A stretch of DNA of 64,000 bases. Source: Candidatus Eiseniibacteriota bacterium (lineage in GTDB: Bacteria > Eisenbacteria > RBG-16-71-46 > JABDJR01). This document shows positions 1 through 9,149 of this stretch, piece by piece. Below the pieces are notes generated by a model that was not told where the DNA came from, searched no databases, and saw only the letters and a program-made list of their open reading frames with translations. A program made the position numbers and the translations under genes. Position 1 is the first letter of the stretch. Each line of letters opens with the position of its first letter. The stretch covers positions 288,001-352,000 of the forward strand of contig CAWANH010000028.1 of assembly GCA_963783375.1 (NCBI GenBank), written 5' to 3'.

Positions 1-1
1 C

Positions 2-676
2 CGCGACAAGATCGAATCGCAGTTCAAGGAGACCGGGTCCAGGCTCAAGCTCACCAAGTACGACGAACAGGTGACCGACGACGCCTACGTCTGGGACCTG
101 GCCATCTCCTTCCCGCACTACGACGACCTGAAGGACTTCGATATGGGGGACGGGGAGAGCGGCCATCACGACTCCGACGGCCCGGGGCAGTTCACCTATG
201 AGAAGCAGCCGGACGGGACCTGGCTCTACCGGCGCGGCATGGATGAGGGGGCCAAAGCGGACATCCCGGGATCCGGAGGGGCGATGGACCAGGGAGACTC
301 CGAGTCCGCCGAGGCCGGAGAATCCCCGGGGATGGACGAGGAAAACGCCGACGGCGGTGATTGGGAGCCCGTGGCCGACGAGGACTCCGAGCCCGCGGAT
401 GAAGAGTCCGCGGAAATGGGCGCCGGCGGGGATTCGGAAGATGTCGGGGAAGGCATGGAGGAGTTCGGGAAGGCCATGGAGCAGATGGGCCAGATGATGC
501 AGGCCATGACCGAGGCGGCGCAGAAGTCCTCGCTCACCTTCACCGTCACCTTCCCGGGGAAGATCGTGGAGTCCAACGCCACCCGGGTGGAGGGGAACAC
601 CGCGACCTGGGAATACAAGCTCGACGATCTCGAGGGGGAGCAGGAGCCGGTGATGACGGCGAGGATCAAGCCCTGA
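2..676 (+). CDS. Hypothetical protein, 5' truncated by the window edge; acidic low-complexity region and LppM-like C-terminal domain
   Basis: Frame is open from the window start. The C-terminus LTFTVTFPGKIVESNATRVEGNTATWEY resembles LppM-type lipoprotein domains; there is a D/E/G-rich insert. Confidence 0.6.
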   Translation, partial: RDKIESQFKETGSRLKLTKYDEQVTDDAYVWDLAISFPHYDDLKDFDMGDGESGHHDSDGPGQFTYEKQPDGTWLYRRGMDEGAKADIPGSGGAMDQGDSESAEAGESPGMDEENADGGDWEPVADEDSEPADEESAEMGAGGDSEDVGEGMEEFGKAMEQMGQMMQAMTEAAQKSSLTFTVTFPGKIVESNATRVEGNTATWEYKLDDLEGEQEPVMTARIKP

Positions 677-1356
677 GCGAGGAGCGCCACCCGTTCATTC
701 CCCTCGAGTTCGAGCGGCTCGCCCCCCAGGAGCAGGAGGCCCGGTTGGCCGAGCTGGCGGAGCGCCTGGCCCGCCGCCGGTCCGTTCGGGCCTTCTCCCC
801 CGACCCCGTCCCCCGGCGGCTGGTGGAGGAGGCGATCCGGGTGGCCGGGCGGGCCCCCTCCGGGGCCAACCTTCAGCCCTGGCGCTTCGTCCTGGTCGAG
901 GACCCCGACGTGAAGCGCCGGATCCGGGAGGCGGCCGAGGAGGAGGAGCGGGAGAGCTACGCCCACCGCATGCCCTCGGAGTGGTTGGAGCGGCTGGCTC
1001 CCCTGGGGACCGACGAGCACAAGCCGTACCTCGAGATCGCCCCCTATCTGATCGTGGTGTTCAAGATCGACTACGGGGTCGAGACCGGTCCGGACGGGGC
1101 GGAGCGCAAGGTGAAGCATTACTACGTGAACGAGTCGGTGGGGCTGGCCTCCGGGTTCCTGCTCGCCGCGCTCACCGTGGCCGGGTTGGCCACCCTCACC
1201 CATACCCCGAGTCCGATGGGCTTCCTCACGCGGATCCTGGGGATGCCGGCCAACCATCGGCCCTATCTCCTCATTCCGGTGGGCTACCCCGCCGAGGGGG
1301 CGGAGGTCCCCGACATCGCGAAGAAGCCCCTGGAGGAGATCCTGACCCGGCGCTGA
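673..1356 (+). CDS. Iodotyrosine deiodinase-like flavoprotein (nitroreductase superfamily)
   Basis: Motifs RRSVRAFS, APSGANLQPWRF, EEEERESY..W...L..LGTDEHKPYL and TLTHTP. Start is probably CTG 673 (SD GAGGA 661-665); the ORF track start is 745. Confidence 0.85.
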   Translation: MSEERHPFIPLEFERLAPQEQEARLAELAERLARRRSVRAFSPDPVPRRLVEEAIRVAGRAPSGANLQPWRFVLVEDPDVKRRIREAAEEEERESYAHRMPSEWLERLAPLGTDEHKPYLEIAPYLIVVFKIDYGVETGPDGAERKVKHYYVNESVGLASGFLLAALTVAGLATLTHTPSPMGFLTRILGMPANHRPYLLIPVGYPAEGAEVPDIAKKPLEEILTRR

Positions 1357-1427
1357 ACCCGGGATTGGACGGTGCGGACCGGAGGCGGGATCGTGGAGAC
1401 AAGGCCCCCCACCCGAGGAGGACGAGG

Positions 1428-2006
1428 ATGATCATCAGGCATTGGGCGACGGTCGGGATCGCGGCGGCGGCGACGGTGCTCCTTCTCGGCGCCTGCGCCC
1501 GGGCCGACCGGGACACCGCCGGGAACCAGGAGAACACCATGACCGACCTGACCGTGAAGAGCGCGGCGTTCGACGCCGGTAGCGCCATCCCCACCGAGTA
1601 CACCTGCGACGGGAGCGATCTCTCCCCCGCCCTGAGCTGGAGCCGGGGTCCGGAGGGGACCGCCGCCTGGGCGCTGATCGTGGACGACCCCGACGCCCCG
1701 GGGCAGACCTGGGTGCACTGGGTGTTCTACAACCTTCCCCCCGACACCCTGGGCCTTCCGAGGGGAGTGGCGGCGGATTCCACCGCTCGGGGCGGCCTCC
1801 AGGGGACCACCGATTTCAAACGGGTCGGCTACGGCGGCCCCTGCCCGCCTCCCGGCCACGGCCCCCATCACTACCACTTCAAGCTCTACGCCCTGGACCG
1901 GAAGTTGGAACTCCAGGCGGGAGCGACCAAGCCCCAGGTGGAAGCGGCCATGGAGGGTCACATCCTGGCCCACGGGGAGCTGATCGGCACCTACGAGCGG
2001 AAGTAG
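1428..2006 (+). CDS. YbhB/YbcL family (PEBP/Raf kinase inhibitor-like) protein, probable lipoprotein
   Basis: Motifs DPDAP, WVHWV, GYGGPCPPPGHGPHHYHFKLYALD; lipobox LGAC; SD GAGG before ATG 1428. Confidence 0.9.
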   Translation: MIIRHWATVGIAAAATVLLLGACARADRDTAGNQENTMTDLTVKSAAFDAGSAIPTEYTCDGSDLSPALSWSRGPEGTAAWALIVDDPDAPGQTWVHWVFYNLPPDTLGLPRGVAADSTARGGLQGTTDFKRVGYGGPCPPPGHGPHHYHFKLYALDRKLELQAGATKPQVEAAMEGHILAHGELIGTYERK

Positions 2007-2143
2007 GCGCGGCACGCGGCCGGCGTCCTCCAACCGCCGGGAGCGACCGGTTTGAACATCGGCGGCGTGGTTCGCTATCATTGCGGCGACAATCATCCGC
2101 GCCCGCGGCGGCCTCGCTGCAAGCAATCGAAAGGAGCCTCGTC

Positions 2144-2758
2144 ATGCGAAACCACTGGTTTCGTGCCGTCATGCTTTGCCTGGCCCCCGCCTTCCTGCTT
2201 CTCCTCCCCTCCGGGGTCCGACCCGCCGAGGCCTCGGGGGGGTCGATCGGGGTCCATCTCGGGTACGCCAAGGCCCGGGACGCCAAGGACGGAAACGGGT
2301 TGGCCGGCGGCCAGCTGGAGTTCCGGCTCGCTTCCTGGCTCGGGATCCAGGGTGCGGTGGACTACCGCCTGGTGAACACCTACCGGATCGACGCCCTGGC
2401 CGCGAGCGGAGATCTCAAGGTCCGGAGCGTCCCCACCACGGTCTCCGCCAAGGTGTACGTTCCGCTCATGGTGGTGTCCCCCTTCGCCGAGGCCGGGGCC
2501 GGCTGGTACCACATGATCTACGACTACTCCTCGAGCCTCGAGTCGGCGGGGCTCGCCGACCGTTCCGAAACGACCTTCGGCTGGCACGTGGGCGGCGGGG
2601 TGGAGATCCCGGTCGCCCCCCGGGTCTCGTTCTACGGCGAGGGTCGGGCGGTGTTCGTGGATCCCGACCAAGCGCTGAACGACCAGCTCAAGAACCAGGT
2701 CAAGAACTTCAACTACGACTCCTCCTACTTCGCGGCGGGGCTGAACCTCCACTTCTGA
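2144..2758 (+). CDS. Outer-membrane beta-barrel protein (OmpA/OmpW-like 8-stranded)
   Basis: Signal peptide, amphipathic beta strands, PFAEAGAGWY, terminal Phe (GLNLHF); SD AAGGAG. Confidence 0.8.
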   Translation: MRNHWFRAVMLCLAPAFLLLLPSGVRPAEASGGSIGVHLGYAKARDAKDGNGLAGGQLEFRLASWLGIQGAVDYRLVNTYRIDALAASGDLKVRSVPTTVSAKVYVPLMVVSPFAEAGAGWYHMIYDYSSSLESAGLADRSETTFGWHVGGGVEIPVAPRVSFYGEGRAVFVDPDQALNDQLKNQVKNFNYDSSYFAAGLNLHF

Positions 2759-2805
2759 TCCCGCCGTCCTCCGGCGGTACGGCGCCTGGAGCCGCGACCT
2801 CGTGA

Positions 2806-2843
2806 GACCCCCGGAGGCGAAGCGGCCTCCGGGGGTCGTCTTT
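2806..2843 (+). terminator. Probable intrinsic terminator hairpin
   Basis: 13-bp stem GACCCCCGGAGGC / GCCTCCGGGGGTC followed by GTCTTT. Confidence 0.6.
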
Positions 2844-2934
2844 CGCCCGGCGGGCCCCCCGGGGCCGTCTTGCCCCTCCGTCCCCCACCGCCTAGGATCA
2901 TCGGAATGCGTTCCGAGAGGGGAGGGTCCATCGC

Positions 2935-4089
2935 GTGAATCGCTGGGTGAAACGCTTGCTGATCCTGGGTGGGGTGGTGGCGGTGATCGTCGTGCTCCGG
3001 CTCACCGTGTTCCGGCCGGCGCCGGTGCCGGTGACGGTATACACGCTGGTGCGGGGCCGGGTCGAGGACACGGTGGTGAACTCCCGGGCCGGCACCATCA
3101 AATCCCGGCGGCGGGCCCAGATGAGCCCCGGGATCGCCGGCCTGGTGAAGGCGATCCCCGCCAAGAAGGGCGAGACGGTGAAGAAGGGGCAGGTCCTCCT
3201 TCGCCTCGACGACGAGGAGTACCGGGCCCAGGTGGTCCTGGCCGAACGCTCGGTGGACGCGGCCCAGGCGGCGAGCGAGGAAGCAGGGCTCGCCGCGGAT
3301 CAGGCCCTCCGGGACCTGAAGCGGGCCCAGGGGCTGGCCCAGCAGAACCTCCTCTCGGAACAGGCCCTGGAGACCGCCCGCACCCGGTCCGAGTCGGCGG
3401 AGTCGTCCGGAAAGGCGGCCCGCGAGCAGGTGAAGCGGGCCAGGGCCCAGCTCGACGTGGCCCGCGCCACCCTGGACAAGACGATCATGATCGCGCCCTT
3501 CGACGGGGTGGTGCTGGACGTCACCACCGAGGTCGGGGAATGGATCAGCCCATCGCCTCCCGGGGTGTTCATTCCCCCGGTGGTGGACGTGATCGACCCC
3601 GACTCCCTGTACGTGAACGCCCCCCTGGACGAGGCCGACGTGGCCAAGGTGAAGGTCGGCCTCCCGGTTCGCGTCACCATGGACGCGTTCCGCGGGCAGT
3701 CGTTTCCGGGCACGGTGTCCTACGTCTCCTCCTACGTGGAGACCAAGCAGGAGCAGAACCGCACCCTCACCGTGGAGGCGACCTTCGACCGGCGGTCGGA
3801 ACTGCCGGCGAACGTCCTTCCCGGCCTCTCCGCCGACATCGAAGTCATTCTCGCCGAGCGGGACGACGTCCTGCGCATCCCCACCTATGCCCTCCTGGAG
3901 GGGAACAAGGTCCTGAAGGTGGAGAGCGGGACCCTGAAGGAAGTGAAGGTCCAGACCGGCCTCCACAACTGGGAATACACCGAGATCACGTCGGGGCTCG
4001 CGGCCGGCGACCGGGTGGTGGTTTCGCTGGACCGGAGCGACGTGAAGGACGGGGCCCGGGTCAAGGTGACCGGCGAGAGCGAAAAGTGA
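2935..4089 (+). CDS. Efflux periplasmic adaptor subunit (MacA/HlyD family)
   Basis: N-terminal TM anchor, lipoyl half-motifs (GETVKKGQVLLRLD; IAPFDGVV) and a coiled hairpin. Confidence 0.9.
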   Translation: MNRWVKRLLILGGVVAVIVVLRLTVFRPAPVPVTVYTLVRGRVEDTVVNSRAGTIKSRRRAQMSPGIAGLVKAIPAKKGETVKKGQVLLRLDDEEYRAQVVLAERSVDAAQAASEEAGLAADQALRDLKRAQGLAQQNLLSEQALETARTRSESAESSGKAAREQVKRARAQLDVARATLDKTIMIAPFDGVVLDVTTEVGEWISPSPPGVFIPPVVDVIDPDSLYVNAPLDEADVAKVKVGLPVRVTMDAFRGQSFPGTVSYVSSYVETKQEQNRTLTVEATFDRRSELPANVLPGLSADIEVILAERDDVLRIPTYALLEGNKVLKVESGTLKEVKVQTGLHNWEYTEITSGLAAGDRVVVSLDRSDVKDGARVKVTGESEK

Positions 4090-4799
4090 TCGAGCTGGCG
4101 GGGATCACGCGCACCTACGAGGTCGGAGGGCGCCCGGTGCGGGCGCTCAAGGGCCTCGACCTGGTGGTGGGCGACGGCGAGTACGTCTCCATCATGGGGC
4201 CCTCGGGGTCGGGAAAGTCGACGCTCCTGAACATTCTCGGCTGCCTCGACCGTCCCACCGCCGGATCCTACAAGCTGGACGGGCAGGAGACCGCCCGCAT
4301 GGCCGAGACCGAACTCTCCCGGATCCGCCGCCACAAGATCGGCTTCGTGTTCCAGTTCTTCCATCTGGTGGCCCGGCTCACCGCGGCGGAGAACGTGGAG
4401 CTGCCCATGATCTTCGCCGGCCTGGATCCGGCCGAGCGACGGCGGCGGATCGAGCGGGCGCTCGGCTCGGTGGGTCTGGCCGAACGCGTGGACCACCGCC
4501 CCGACCAGCTCTCCGGGGGCGAGCGCCAGCGGGTGGCCATCGCCCGGGCGGTGGTGATGGAACCGTCGATCCTCCTCGCCGACGAACCCACCGGGAACCT
4601 GGACTCGGCCTCGGGGAACGAGATCGTGGAGCTGATCGAGGAGATGAACGCCGGGGGGCTCACCCTGGTGGTGGTGACCCACGACCCGTCGATCGGAGGG
4701 CGGGCCCACCGCCGGGTCCGGCTGAAGGACGGGGATCTGGTCTCCGACGATCGCGGCGCGCCGGAGCCCGCGCCCGAGGGTGCAGGAGACCGGCGGTGA
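4086..4799 (+). CDS. ABC transporter ATP-binding protein (MacB/LolD family)
   Basis: Walker A GPSGSGKST, signature LSGGERQR, Walker B LLADEPTGNLD, VTHD; GTG start overlaps the upstream stop. Confidence 0.95.
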   Translation: MIELAGITRTYEVGGRPVRALKGLDLVVGDGEYVSIMGPSGSGKSTLLNILGCLDRPTAGSYKLDGQETARMAETELSRIRRHKIGFVFQFFHLVARLTAAENVELPMIFAGLDPAERRRRIERALGSVGLAERVDHRPDQLSGGERQRVAIARAVVMEPSILLADEPTGNLDSASGNEIVELIEEMNAGGLTLVVVTHDPSIGGRAHRRVRLKDGDLVSDDRGAPEPAPEGAGDRR

Positions 4800-4818
4800 C
4801 CGGCGGTGGAGGCCGGCC

Positions 4819-6024
4819 GTGAAGAGCGCCGATCTCTTGCGCTTCTCCGCGGGAGGGCTTCGCGGTCACCGTCTCCGCACGTTCCTCTCGCTCCTGGGGG
4901 TGGCCATCGGGGTGGCCTCGGTGGTCATGCTCACCAGCCTCGGCGAGGGGGCGAAGCTCTACGTCACCGGGGAGTTCACCTCCCTCGGCACGAACCTCCT
5001 CATCGTGCTCCCCGGAAAGACCGAAACCCAGGGCACCACCCCCTTCGTGAACACCGCCCCTCACGATCTCACCGTGGCCGACGCCGAAGCCCTCAAGCGC
5101 CGCATCCCCCAGATCCGCCGGGTAGCCCCGCTGGCCCTCGGCACCGGCCCCGCCGGGTACGGCGATCGGACCCGCGACGTCACCGTGGTCGGGACCACCA
5201 ACGAGGTCATGGCCATCCGGAAGCTCCAGATGGGGATCGGCCGGTTCATCCCGCCGGGAATCACCGACGCCCCGGTTGCGGTCCTGGGCGCCAAGGTGCA
5301 GACCGAGCTCTTCGGATCGAAGAACCCGCTGGGGGAGATGATCCGGGTGGGAAACTACCGATTCCGGGTGATCGGGGTGATCGCCCCCCGGGGCACCTCC
5401 ATCGGGATGAACCTGGACGAGGTGGTGGAGATCCCGGTGGACACCGCCATGCGGATGTTCAACCGCACGACCCTGTTCCGGGTCATGGCCGAGGTGCGAA
5501 GCCACCAGGAGATCGACCAGGCCCGCAAGGAAGCGGTCCAGGTGCTGAAGGAGCGTCACGGGGGTGAGGAGGACGTGACCGTTCTGACCCAGGACGCGGT
5601 GCTCTCCACCTTCAACCAGATCCTCAACATCCTGACCGCGGCCCTGGCCGGGATCGCGGCGATCTCCCTGAGCGTGGCCGGGATCGGCATCATGAACGTG
5701 ATGCTGGTCTCGATCTCGGAGCGGACCCGGGAGGTGGGGCTCCTGAAGGCGCTCGGCGTCACCTCCGGCCAGATCGTGAGCGTGTTCCTGATCGAGGCGG
5801 CGATCATCTCCACCGCGGGCGGAGCGCTGGGGCTCCTGGCCGGGGTGGGTGCGGGACGCCTGCTCCACCACATCTATCCCGATTTCCCGGTCCAGGCTCC
5901 CATCTGGGCGGTGGCGGCGGCACTGGTGGTCTCGATCTCGGTGGGGCTGTTGTTCGGGAGCCTCCCCGCCCGCCGCGCGGCCCGGCTCGACCCGGTGGAA
6001 GCGCTCATGCGGAGGCGGGGATGA
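4819..6024 (+). CDS. ABC transporter permease (MacB/FtsX family)
   Basis: Motifs LSLLGVAIGVASVV, GIGIMNVMLVSISERTREVGLLKALG and ARLDPVEAL. Confidence 0.92.
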   Translation: MKSADLLRFSAGGLRGHRLRTFLSLLGVAIGVASVVMLTSLGEGAKLYVTGEFTSLGTNLLIVLPGKTETQGTTPFVNTAPHDLTVADAEALKRRIPQIRRVAPLALGTGPAGYGDRTRDVTVVGTTNEVMAIRKLQMGIGRFIPPGITDAPVAVLGAKVQTELFGSKNPLGEMIRVGNYRFRVIGVIAPRGTSIGMNLDEVVEIPVDTAMRMFNRTTLFRVMAEVRSHQEIDQARKEAVQVLKERHGGEEDVTVLTQDAVLSTFNQILNILTAALAGIAAISLSVAGIGIMNVMLVSISERTREVGLLKALGVTSGQIVSVFLIEAAIISTAGGALGLLAGVGAGRLLHHIYPDFPVQAPIWAVAAALVVSISVGLLFGSLPARRAARLDPVEALMRRRG

Positions 6025-6109
6025 GGGGCCGGGCGGTCCGGCGCCGGCGTCGCGGATCGGGGCGCGGCCGAACTTCGGCGCGAGCGCCGAGGCCTCGGAG
6101 CGTGACGCG

Positions 6110-7312
6110 ATGACCTTCGAGGACGTCCTCCGCCAGTCCTACCGCGCCATTCTCGGCCACCGCCAGCGATCGCTCCTCACCATGCTCGGGATCTCGATCG
6201 GGATCGCTTCGGTGATCCTGTTGACCTCGATCGGCGAGGGAACGCGCCTCTACATCCTCACCCAGTTCACCCAGTTCGGGACCAACCTGGTGGCGGTGAA
6301 CCCCGGGAAGACCGAGACCACCGGCGTGCCCGGCGCCCTGGGAGGGACCATCCACCCCCTGAGCCTGGCCGACACCGAGGCCCTGGGGCGGGTGCGCGGG
6401 GTGGGGGGAGCGGTGCCGGTGACCATGGGCACCGCCCCGGTGGAGTACGCCGGGCTGACCCGGAACGTCTTCGTCTACGGCACCACCTCCGGCGCGCCCG
6501 AGGTGTGGCGGATGGGGGTCCGGGTGGGGCGCTTCCTCCCCGCCGGCGATCCGCGGTACGGATCGTCGGTGACCGTGCTCGGCCCCAAGCTCAAGCGCGA
6601 ACTCTTCGGTGACGCCAACGCCCTGGGCGAGCACGTGCGGGTCGGGGGCGAGCGGTTCCTGGTGGTGGGGATCATGGCGCCCAAGGGACAGTTCCTGGGC
6701 TTCGATCTCGACGACTCGGCCTACATTCCCGTGGCCTCCGCCATGGCGCTCTTCAACCTGGACGGGCTCCAGGAGATCGATCTCCTGGTGGACAACTCCT
6801 CCCTGGTGGATTCGGTGGTGGTGCGGATGACCGACCTCCTGACCGCGCGGCACGGCGGCGACGACGACTTCACCGTCACCACCCAGACCGGGATGCTCGA
6901 CACCCTGAGCCGCATCATCGGCATCGTGAGCATGGCGGTGGCGGGGATCGGCGGCATCTCGCTCCTGGTGGGGGCGATCGGCATTCTCACCATGATGTGG
7001 ATCTCGGTGAACGAGCGGACGGGGGAGATCGGTCTGGCCAAGGCCATCGGGGCCACGCCCCGCCAGATCCTCGTGCTCTACCTGGCCGAGGCGGCGGCGC
7101 TCTCCACCACCGGCGGCCTGGCCGGTTTGGCGGTGGGGTTCGGACTCGCCCAGCTCATCCACATGTTCGTCCCCGCGCTTCCCGTCCACACTCCGATGGC
7201 CTACGTGGTGATGGCGGTGGCGGTGAGCCTGATCGTGGGGCTCCTGAGCGGGATTCTTCCCGCGCGGCGGGCGGCGGCCCTGGACCCGGTGGAAGCGCTG
7301 GCCGCGGAGTAG
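6110..7312 (+). CDS. ABC transporter permease (MacB/FtsX family), second paralog
   Basis: Motifs LTMLGISIGIASVI, SVNERTGEIGLAKAIGA and AALDPVEAL. Confidence 0.92.
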   Translation: MTFEDVLRQSYRAILGHRQRSLLTMLGISIGIASVILLTSIGEGTRLYILTQFTQFGTNLVAVNPGKTETTGVPGALGGTIHPLSLADTEALGRVRGVGGAVPVTMGTAPVEYAGLTRNVFVYGTTSGAPEVWRMGVRVGRFLPAGDPRYGSSVTVLGPKLKRELFGDANALGEHVRVGGERFLVVGIMAPKGQFLGFDLDDSAYIPVASAMALFNLDGLQEIDLLVDNSSLVDSVVVRMTDLLTARHGGDDDFTVTTQTGMLDTLSRIIGIVSMAVAGIGGISLLVGAIGILTMMWISVNERTGEIGLAKAIGATPRQILVLYLAEAAALSTTGGLAGLAVGFGLAQLIHMFVPALPVHTPMAYVVMAVAVSLIVGLLSGILPARRAAALDPVEALAAE

Positions 7313-7443
7313 GTGGAGAGCCGGGGCGGTGTGGGCCCCGGCCCCGGGTTTGCGGGGGGCGCGCGGTGGGCGGCGGAGTTCCGGGGTGAGCGGCGGCCGG
7401 GGAACGGGCGCGGGCGGCGCCGCGGACCGCAGGAAGATCGGTT

Positions 7444-7887
7444 CTACCGAATCCCGGTGTCGTAGGAAAGGTTCGCCTCCGCCCAGCCGGTCGGGGGCAC
7501 GGTCACGTCCACCGGCGCGGGAGGATGGGGGAACGGCGAGGAGCCGACCCCGCTCCCGGAGTCCAAGTCGACCGCGGGCATGGGCACCACACGGTACTTC
7601 CCGGGATCCAGCGCCACCATGTAGCGGCCGTCGGCGTCCGAGGTCGCCTCCGCGGCCACGCTCCCGTCCAGGTTCTCGATCCGGATGGGCGCGGCATAGG
7701 GGGAGTCGGGACAGGGGTTCCTGGCGCTCACCGGCCCGGGGCACATGGGCCCCAGGGTGATCTCACCGCCGATGCCCGTTCCCTCGAGGTTGGTGAGCCA
7801 GCTGGTTTCGCGGGACGCGACGGGATTGTCCCGCTGGCAGCCCGCCACGGCGAACACGGCGACGAGCGCGATGATGAGCTTTCGCAT
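7444..7887 (-). CDS. Lipoprotein with carboxypeptidase-regulatory/transthyretin-like domain
   Basis: Lipobox VAGC; GPMCPGP..PCPD; TSDADGRYMVALDPGKYRV; SD AAGGAG. Confidence 0.75.
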   Translation of the reverse strand: MRKLIIALVAVFAVAGCQRDNPVASRETSWLTNLEGTGIGGEITLGPMCPGPVSARNPCPDSPYAAPIRIENLDGSVAAEATSDADGRYMVALDPGKYRVVPMPAVDLDSGSGVGSSPFPHPPAPVDVTVPPTGWAEANLSYDTGIR

Positions 7888-8045
7888 GAGCGCTCTCCTT
7901 TCCGGCCGGAATCCAAGGTCCCCGTGACTCTCAGGACACTATACCCCAAGAACCGGGGAAAAGATCCGACGGGCGATACTGCTCATCCGTTCCGTGGTGG
8001 AACGGTTCGCGGTGGGTCGGTGCCCTCCACCCCCCGGGACCCGGC

Positions 8046-8855
8046 TCAGGCCCCCGCAGACCCCGCGGCCCGGGTGATGAGCAGCACCTCGTCCAGCACC
8101 GCGCCGTTGGTGCCCAACCCTTCGCCGCCGTGGATGGTGGGCTCCCCCTTCCAATCGGTGAAGGTGCCCCCCGCCTCTTCGAGCACCGGCTGGAGGGCGG
8201 CGGCGTCCCAGACGCTCATCTTCGGATCCACCATGACCTCGGCCCGGCCGGTGGCGACCAGGGCGTAGCCGTAGCAATCCCCCCAGCCCCGGGTGAGCCG
8301 GGCGGCGGCGATGAGCGCATCGAAGGCCCGTCGGCGGGGGCCGTCCCCGTAGGCGGTGATCGAGTTGGTGAGAAAGAGCCCTTCGGCAAGTGAGGGAACG
8401 GCGGATACCCGCGCCGGGCAGGGGTCCTCATTCCCCTGCACCCAGTGCGCGCCGAGGCCTCGGGCGGCGAACACGGTTTCGCGGAGGGCGGGGAGATGGA
8501 TGACTCCGACCACGCCGCGGCCCTCCCGCTCCACCGCAACCAGGGTGCCGTAGAGGGGGACCCCCTGAATGAAGCTCTTGGTGCCGTCGATCGGGTCGAG
8601 GATCCAGCGGTAGCCGGATCCGCCCGGAGTTTCGCCGAACTCCTCGCCCAGGATCGCGTCACGGGGGTAGGCGGCGGCGATCACCCGGCGGAGTTCCCGT
8701 TCCGCCGCACGATCGGCGGCGGTGACCGGGGTGAGGTCGGCCTTGCGGTCGACCTCGAGGTCGGCGCGACCGAAGTACTCCAGGGTGACGCGGCCGGCGG
8801 CCAGCGCGGCGTCGTAGGCCAGGAGCAATCGGTCCTTGAGCTCGCTCTTGGGCAT
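8046..8855 (-). CDS. hisN: Histidinol-phosphatase / inositol monophosphatase family protein
   Basis: Motifs TPVTAADRAAE, ILGEEFG, WILDPIDGTKSF, RGWGDCYGY and WDAAAL. Confidence 0.85.
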   Translation of the reverse strand: MPKSELKDRLLLAYDAALAAGRVTLEYFGRADLEVDRKADLTPVTAADRAAERELRRVIAAAYPRDAILGEEFGETPGGSGYRWILDPIDGTKSFIQGVPLYGTLVAVEREGRGVVGVIHLPALRETVFAARGLGAHWVQGNEDPCPARVSAVPSLAEGLFLTNSITAYGDGPRRRAFDALIAAARLTRGWGDCYGYALVATGRAEVMVDPKMSVWDAAALQPVLEEAGGTFTDWKGEPTIHGGEGLGTNGAVLDEVLLITRAAGSAGA

Positions 8856-9149
8856 GGTCGGCCTCCGGCGGGGAGTGTAGCGCACGGTGGGGGTGGGGTG
8901 GGTGCGGGGGGTGGGCGGCGCTCGGCGGGGGCGGTGGCGGGTCGGGCCTGCTTGGGTGCGGCGCTCCCCGTGCGGCGACCCGCCGCCAAACCGGTCGTCG
9001 ACCCCGGTCCGCCTGAACGGCATGTTCGCACAAGAGTCCTTATTGCGAACGATGTTCCCCCGGGGACACACGAATACAACCGCACGGCTTGTAGGCGGCC
9101 TGGAGGGCAGCTCATTGCGCCGATCCGGGACCGCGGCGCCGCCCCCGGG

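Noticed and set aside
9024-9050. Inverted repeat GTTCGCA-N13-TGCGAAC upstream of hisN; the 11-mer GTTCGCAATAA recurs at 42642-42652
   Set aside because: A single 11-mer recurrence is expected by chance, the spacing does not fit a LexA box, and no riboswitch consensus is recognisable.
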